Below are positions 60,355-64,000 of a stretch of DNA of 64,000 bases, in pieces. The DNA lies in NCBI GenBank assembly GCA_003599275.1, contig QZJG01000074.1, positions 5,352 to 69,351 of the forward strand, given 5' to 3'. The notes under the pieces were generated by a model. That model saw nothing but the letters and a program-made list of their open reading frames with translations. It was not told the DNA's origin and did not search any database. The first letter of the stretch is position 1, and the number at the start of each line of letters is the position of its first letter. A program made the position numbers and the translations under genes. The stretch comes from Nitrospiraceae bacterium. GTDB taxonomy: Bacteria; Nitrospirota; Thermodesulfovibrionia; UBA6902.

Positions 60355-61305
60355 ATGTACAGACCTGAAATCAAAGTTATAGACTGCTCCGTGCGTGACG
60401 GAGGGTTGATGAATAAGTGGCAGTTTTCCGATTCTTTTGTATGCAAGGTTTATACGGCCTGCAGCGAGGCGGGCGTCGATTATATGGAGATCGGTTATCT
60501 GAGCTCGGAGTCGGCTTTTTCAAGGGCCGAAGTAGGTCCGTGGAAGTTTTGCGCTGAAGAAGATATCAAACGCATCATAGGCAAGAGTGAAAAGAGGATC
60601 AAGCTTTCGGCGATGGCCGATATCGGGCGCATTGATTATCAGGACATCCCTCACAAATCCGAGAGCTCGCTGGACATGATAAGGGTTGCGTGTTACGCGC
60701 ATCAGACCGACGCGGCCATAGACCTGGCTCATCACTGCATAGACAAAGGGTATGAGACGACCATTAATCTTATGGCGGTCTCGACCGTGGGTCTGCGGGA
60801 GCTGGATGAAGCGCTTGACGATCTGTCCAAAAGCCGGGTACCGATAATTTATGTAGTGGACAGCTTCGGCGCCTTCTATTCCGAAGACATAGATATGCTT
60901 GCAAAGAAATACATGGAGCGCCTGCCCGGCAAGACCATAGGGATCCATTGCCACAATAATCAGCAATTGGCCTTTGCCAATACCATATCGGCGATCATTT
61001 CCGGAGTCAATTACCTTGACGCAAGTTTATACGGCATCGGACGCGGCGCCGGCAACTGTCCCCTGGAGCTCCTTATCGCGTTCCTGAAGAACCCCAAGTT
61101 TAAAGTGCGTCCGCTTATCGATGCCATAGAAGCTGAGATACTTCCATGGACCGAAAAGATCGATTGGGGGTACTATATCCCTTACATGATCACAGGCGTC
61201 CTGAACCAGCACCCGCGCACCGCCATGGCGCATATGGAGTCGGACAAAAAGAACAAGGTCACGCAATTTTTTGACCAGATGACGAACGCTTCCGACCTTG
61301 ACTAA
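60355..61305 (+). CDS. HMGL-like (DRE-TIM metallolyase / pyruvate carboxyltransferase) aldolase-family enzyme
   Basis: VIDCSVRDGG, an HCHNN motif, and GAGNCPLE. The substrate is not assignable. Confidence 0.75.
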   Translation: MYRPEIKVIDCSVRDGGLMNKWQFSDSFVCKVYTACSEAGVDYMEIGYLSSESAFSRAEVGPWKFCAEEDIKRIIGKSEKRIKLSAMADIGRIDYQDIPHKSESSLDMIRVACYAHQTDAAIDLAHHCIDKGYETTINLMAVSTVGLRELDEALDDLSKSRVPIIYVVDSFGAFYSEDIDMLAKKYMERLPGKTIGIHCHNNQQLAFANTISAIISGVNYLDASLYGIGRGAGNCPLELLIAFLKNPKFKVRPLIDAIEAEILPWTEKIDWGYYIPYMITGVLNQHPRTAMAHMESDKKNKVTQFFDQMTNASDLD

Positions 61306-61323
61306 AGCTGGGAATATCCATGT

Positions 61324-61794
61324 CTAAAAAACCGCGGCGAGCCTCTCGACCGCCTTGCGTAAACGGATGACCAGGACCTGGTTCAGCCCTTTTAATATCT
61401 TTATCGCGATATGGGGATACTTATCAATAATGGTTTCCAGCGCCTCGTGTCTGAGGATGATCAGCTCTGAATTCTCAAGGGCCTCGACGGTCGTTGAACG
61501 CGGCTGTCTGCGGTCTGCGAGGGAGAGCTCTCCCACAAAAGACCCCTTCCCGAGGATTGCGACCACGATCTGCTTGTCTTTGAATTCCGTCTGCTTCTTT
61601 ACTTCAAGGTGGCCGTAGCTTATAAAACCCACAAAGTCCGCCGGGTCCCCCTCGCGGAACACGGTCGCCCCTTTGGGATAATCGACCGCTTCCATATAAG
61701 GGATAATCTTTCCCACTTCATCCTCATCGAGAAGATGAAAGAGGATCAATTCCCCCCTCGATTTACAAACAAGTTCTTTTATATCTGCGGCCAT
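61324..61794 (-). CDS. stand-alone cyclic-nucleotide-binding domain protein
   Basis: FREGDPADFVGFI..., GSFVGELSLADRRQPRSTTVEALE (the phosphate-binding cassette). Confidence 0.85.
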   Translation of the reverse strand: MAADIKELVCKSRGELILFHLLDEDEVGKIIPYMEAVDYPKGATVFREGDPADFVGFISYGHLEVKKQTEFKDKQIVVAILGKGSFVGELSLADRRQPRSTTVEALENSELIILRHEALETIIDKYPHIAIKILKGLNQVLVIRLRKAVERLAAVF

Positions 61795-61830
61795 AAAATA
61801 ATCCTTCCGTCATCAATAATCAGGGCTGGA

Positions 61831-62466
61831 TCACTTCCTTGCCGGCGCGCCTGCATCTTCAAGCGCCTTTATCTCTTCGACTTTGCTCTTCATTTTCCGG
61901 ACAAGTCCTTCATAGGATTCCCTGACGATAATCTGGTTGTACTGGCTCCTGTAAGTGCTGATGAAACTTACGCCTTCTATTACCACGTCATAGACCCACC
62001 ATTTGTCCCCTTTCAGCAGGACCCTGTACTCAATGGGGATTTTAACGTTCTTTGTAACGATTGTCGTATCGACCACACCCGTTTTTCCGTCTTCCCTAAA
62101 CGACTCCTTATCGTAGGTGATTTTTTCATCGGTGTAACTCTCGATCTTCCCGATGTAAGATTCAATTAACAATTCCGAGAAAATGCCGGTGAATTCCTTT
62201 TTTTCTTCAGGCGTCCTTTTGGGCCAGTGCGTAGCAAGAGAGCGCCGGGACATCTCTTCAAAATCAAACCTGTTTTTTATAAGCGCCGTTATCTTTTCCC
62301 GTCTCTCCTGTTTCTTCCCGGACAGGCCCTTGTCCTTTAATGTTTCGATGACGGCATCGACCGTCGACTTTATCGCCTCAGTGGGGGCTGGCACGGCATA
62401 AGCCGGAACAGAAAAAATCAACGCAAAAATCACTGCCGCAACAAACGTCCATGCAATCTTCATCAA
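61831..62466 (-). CDS. mlaC: MlaC/Ttg2D-family periplasmic phospholipid-binding protein
   Basis: A signal peptide, then FDFEEMSRRSLATHWPKRTPEEKKEFTGIFSELLIESY. Confidence 0.8.
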   Translation of the reverse strand: MMKIAWTFVAAVIFALIFSVPAYAVPAPTEAIKSTVDAVIETLKDKGLSGKKQERREKITALIKNRFDFEEMSRRSLATHWPKRTPEEKKEFTGIFSELLIESYIGKIESYTDEKITYDKESFREDGKTGVVDTTIVTKNVKIPIEYRVLLKGDKWWVYDVVIEGVSFISTYRSQYNQIIVRESYEGLVRKMKSKVEEIKALEDAGAPARK

Positions 62467-63845
62467 TTGCCCTCCTCTGAAGGGATTTCTTCTCCGGACA
62501 ACCCGGAGGCCTGCAACACATTGGCGTGACCCATGTTGAAATTATAAACAGACCTGATATATTCCTCTTTCATCTTTCCATATGCCGCTATTGCATCGGC
62601 GGCGTCCTTGGCCTCTCCGATTCCCATATCATAATTCATCACGGCCCCGATCATCCATTTCCTCGCGGCCCGAAAGGCCTTCCCGGTCGCTTCAATGTCC
62701 TCTTTTGCCTCTATCAATTCCCTGTAGGATTTCTCTACCTGCAGCGGGATGCCGATCTCGGCAAATTCACGGAGCCTTTCGAGTTTGATATAATCCGCGC
62801 GCGCACGGCGCACATGCGAATCCGTTATGCCGAAATCCGCGCTCCATTTCAGTCCGAGGGCCGCGCCTCCGGCACTATGCCTGAAGAAATCGTAAATCCA
62901 GGGGTTAGTCACCCTGTCTCTCCCGGTGGCGTCCGAATATGAGTAAAATGCGGCAGCGAATATGTTCGGATAATAATCGGTCTCCGTCATATTGATGAGC
63001 GCCTCTTTTGCCTTCAGGCCTTCCCTGAGCTGTGTGAATTCAGGCCTCAATTCCCTGCTCTTAGCAGAGTAAAAACCCAGCTCTTCAACCACGACGTCCA
63101 CGGGCTCCAGGGTCTCATCCTTCAGGGTAAATCCGGCGTCTTGCCCCAAACCCGTAAAAGTGCGGAGCGCCGACTTGCTGAGAGCGAGGTTCTTTTTCAC
63201 TTCCTCCCTGGACTTAGCCAAGAGCCCCTGGTATGTTTCGAGCTTGTGAAGGTCCAGTTCGGTAGCGGATTCCGAGCCGGCCTCTATCAGCCTCTTTGTC
63301 CGCTTCATTGTAGAGTCAAGATATCCCTGGATCTCGTCAATCAGTTTTTCCCCTTCCAGTGCCGCAAGGTGGCCGTAGTAATACTGTTTTATCTCAAGGG
63401 CCACATCCGTGCTTTTTTGCCTGACCCTCGATTTTTCTACGCTGATACCGTGTGAGGCCGCCTTTTTTGCCTCGGTGATCTTTCCGAAAGTGTACAGGGG
63501 CTGGATGACTTTTACGTCAGCGCTGCCGAAGACGCCGAGCCCCTCGACCCTGTCATTCCTGAAATCGGAGGCCACCTGGTCGCCCCTTGCATTTGGCGCA
63601 GGCCCGAACAGGGTAATAAGCTCAAGCTGGGGCCATTGATAGCCTTCCGCCTCTTCAAGCCTTGTCTTCGCTATTTCGACCTCCTGCTGCTGCTCTTTTA
63701 TTTGAGGGCTGAATTTCAATGCCATCCGGACAAGTTCATCAAGCGAATAAGCAGGGACATCCTGCGACAAGGCTTTAAAAGGCATGCATATAATGACGAG
63801 GACCAGGACAGTCATGAACTTACATCTTATCTTGCGGTCATACAT
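62463..63845 (-). CDS. TolC-family outer-membrane efflux protein
   Basis: The ATG at 63845 lies 7 nt after AAGGAG. There is a signal peptide and a duplicated OEP repeat pattern. It overlaps the MlaC-like start by 4 nt. Confidence 0.85.
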   Translation of the reverse strand: MYDRKIRCKFMTVLVLVIICMPFKALSQDVPAYSLDELVRMALKFSPQIKEQQQEVEIAKTRLEEAEGYQWPQLELITLFGPAPNARGDQVASDFRNDRVEGLGVFGSADVKVIQPLYTFGKITEAKKAASHGISVEKSRVRQKSTDVALEIKQYYYGHLAALEGEKLIDEIQGYLDSTMKRTKRLIEAGSESATELDLHKLETYQGLLAKSREEVKKNLALSKSALRTFTGLGQDAGFTLKDETLEPVDVVVEELGFYSAKSRELRPEFTQLREGLKAKEALINMTETDYYPNIFAAAFYSYSDATGRDRVTNPWIYDFFRHSAGGAALGLKWSADFGITDSHVRRARADYIKLERLREFAEIGIPLQVEKSYRELIEAKEDIEATGKAFRAARKWMIGAVMNYDMGIGEAKDAADAIAAYGKMKEEYIRSVYNFNMGHANVLQASGLSGEEIPSEEGN

Positions 63846-63897
63846 ATGTACTCCTTTGTCATTGATCATCTCTTCTCGGCCGGTCCCTAACCCTTTT

Positions 63898-64000
63898 TTA
63901 GGGTTTCTCTTTTTCGAAAATATATTTACCGATAAGCTCTTCCAGTTCTATGGCCGATTCGGTCTCGGTAATCTCTCCGTCCGCCTTTATATATTCTGAA
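63898..64000 (-). CDS. C-terminal fragment of an upstream gene in the TolC/MlaC operon (identity unknown)
   Basis: An open frame reads ...SEYIKADGEITETESAIELEELIGKYIFEKEKP, with its stop at 63898-63900. It runs off the window end. Confidence 0.4.
   Translation of the reverse strand, partial: SEYIKADGEITETESAIELEELIGKYIFEKEKP

Noticed and set aside
1-64000. A search by eye for tRNA, rRNA, tmRNA, RNase P RNA, transposase, integrase, reverse transcriptase, cas genes and prophage modules.
   Set aside because: I found none of the conserved signatures I know. These include the GGAAAGTCCGG block of RNase P RNA, tRNA T-arm GTTCGAATC-type motifs, YxDD of reverse transcriptases, and DDE or tyrosine recombinase motifs. 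tRNAscan and Infernal would still be needed to exclude small RNAs.

Overview
This is a 64-kb chromosomal segment of a diderm, probably anaerobic bacterium. The evidence is sigma-54 activators, several c-type and multihaem cytochromes, a PEP-CTERM protein, and LpxC, MlaC and TolC. It looks Nitrospirota- or Desulfobacterota-like, but the phylum cannot be fixed from this sequence alone. I support about 60 protein genes. I recognised no rRNA, tRNA, CRISPR array, transposase, integrase or reverse transcriptase.

Housekeeping genes: mutS2, a UvrD/PcrA helicase, ychF, an ABC-F ATPase, MTAP, tldD, lpxC, rimP-nusA, recG, hisD and murA.

Accessory and unusual content:
1. 0.8-11.8 kb: a tightly packed module. 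It holds REC-PilZ, an NtrC-type activator, a sensor kinase with a periplasmic CxxCH motif, then HAMP protein, heptahaem cytochrome, HAMP protein, GspE, GspF and three minor pseudopilins. No secretin, major pilin or GspC/L/M/K is present in the window.
2. The three pseudopilin genes have obligatory 31-67 aa leaders encoded by repeat elements.
3. A family of heptamer-based (GGGTRTA/TAYACCC) long hairpins occurs only in the first 11 kb.
4. A 1454-aa protein fuses an unknown ~950-aa region to the nucleotide-binding and phospho-histidine swivel domains of pyruvate phosphate dikinase, without the PEP/pyruvate domain. A GAF-histidine kinase sits directly upstream.
5. A ~300-nt promoter-bearing noncoding region lies upstream of an HPF(RaiA)-cold-shock-domain fusion gene.
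6. A lower-GC type II restriction-modification island sits at 26-28.4 kb.
7. A PAS/Cys4/3xGAF protein lies opposite an HD-GYP response regulator.
8. There are unannotated mini-ORFs, a LigE-type ligase next to the prepilin peptidase, and several REP/MITE-like repeat families.

Everything comes from reading the sequence and the ORF translations. No database search or RNA folding was run.
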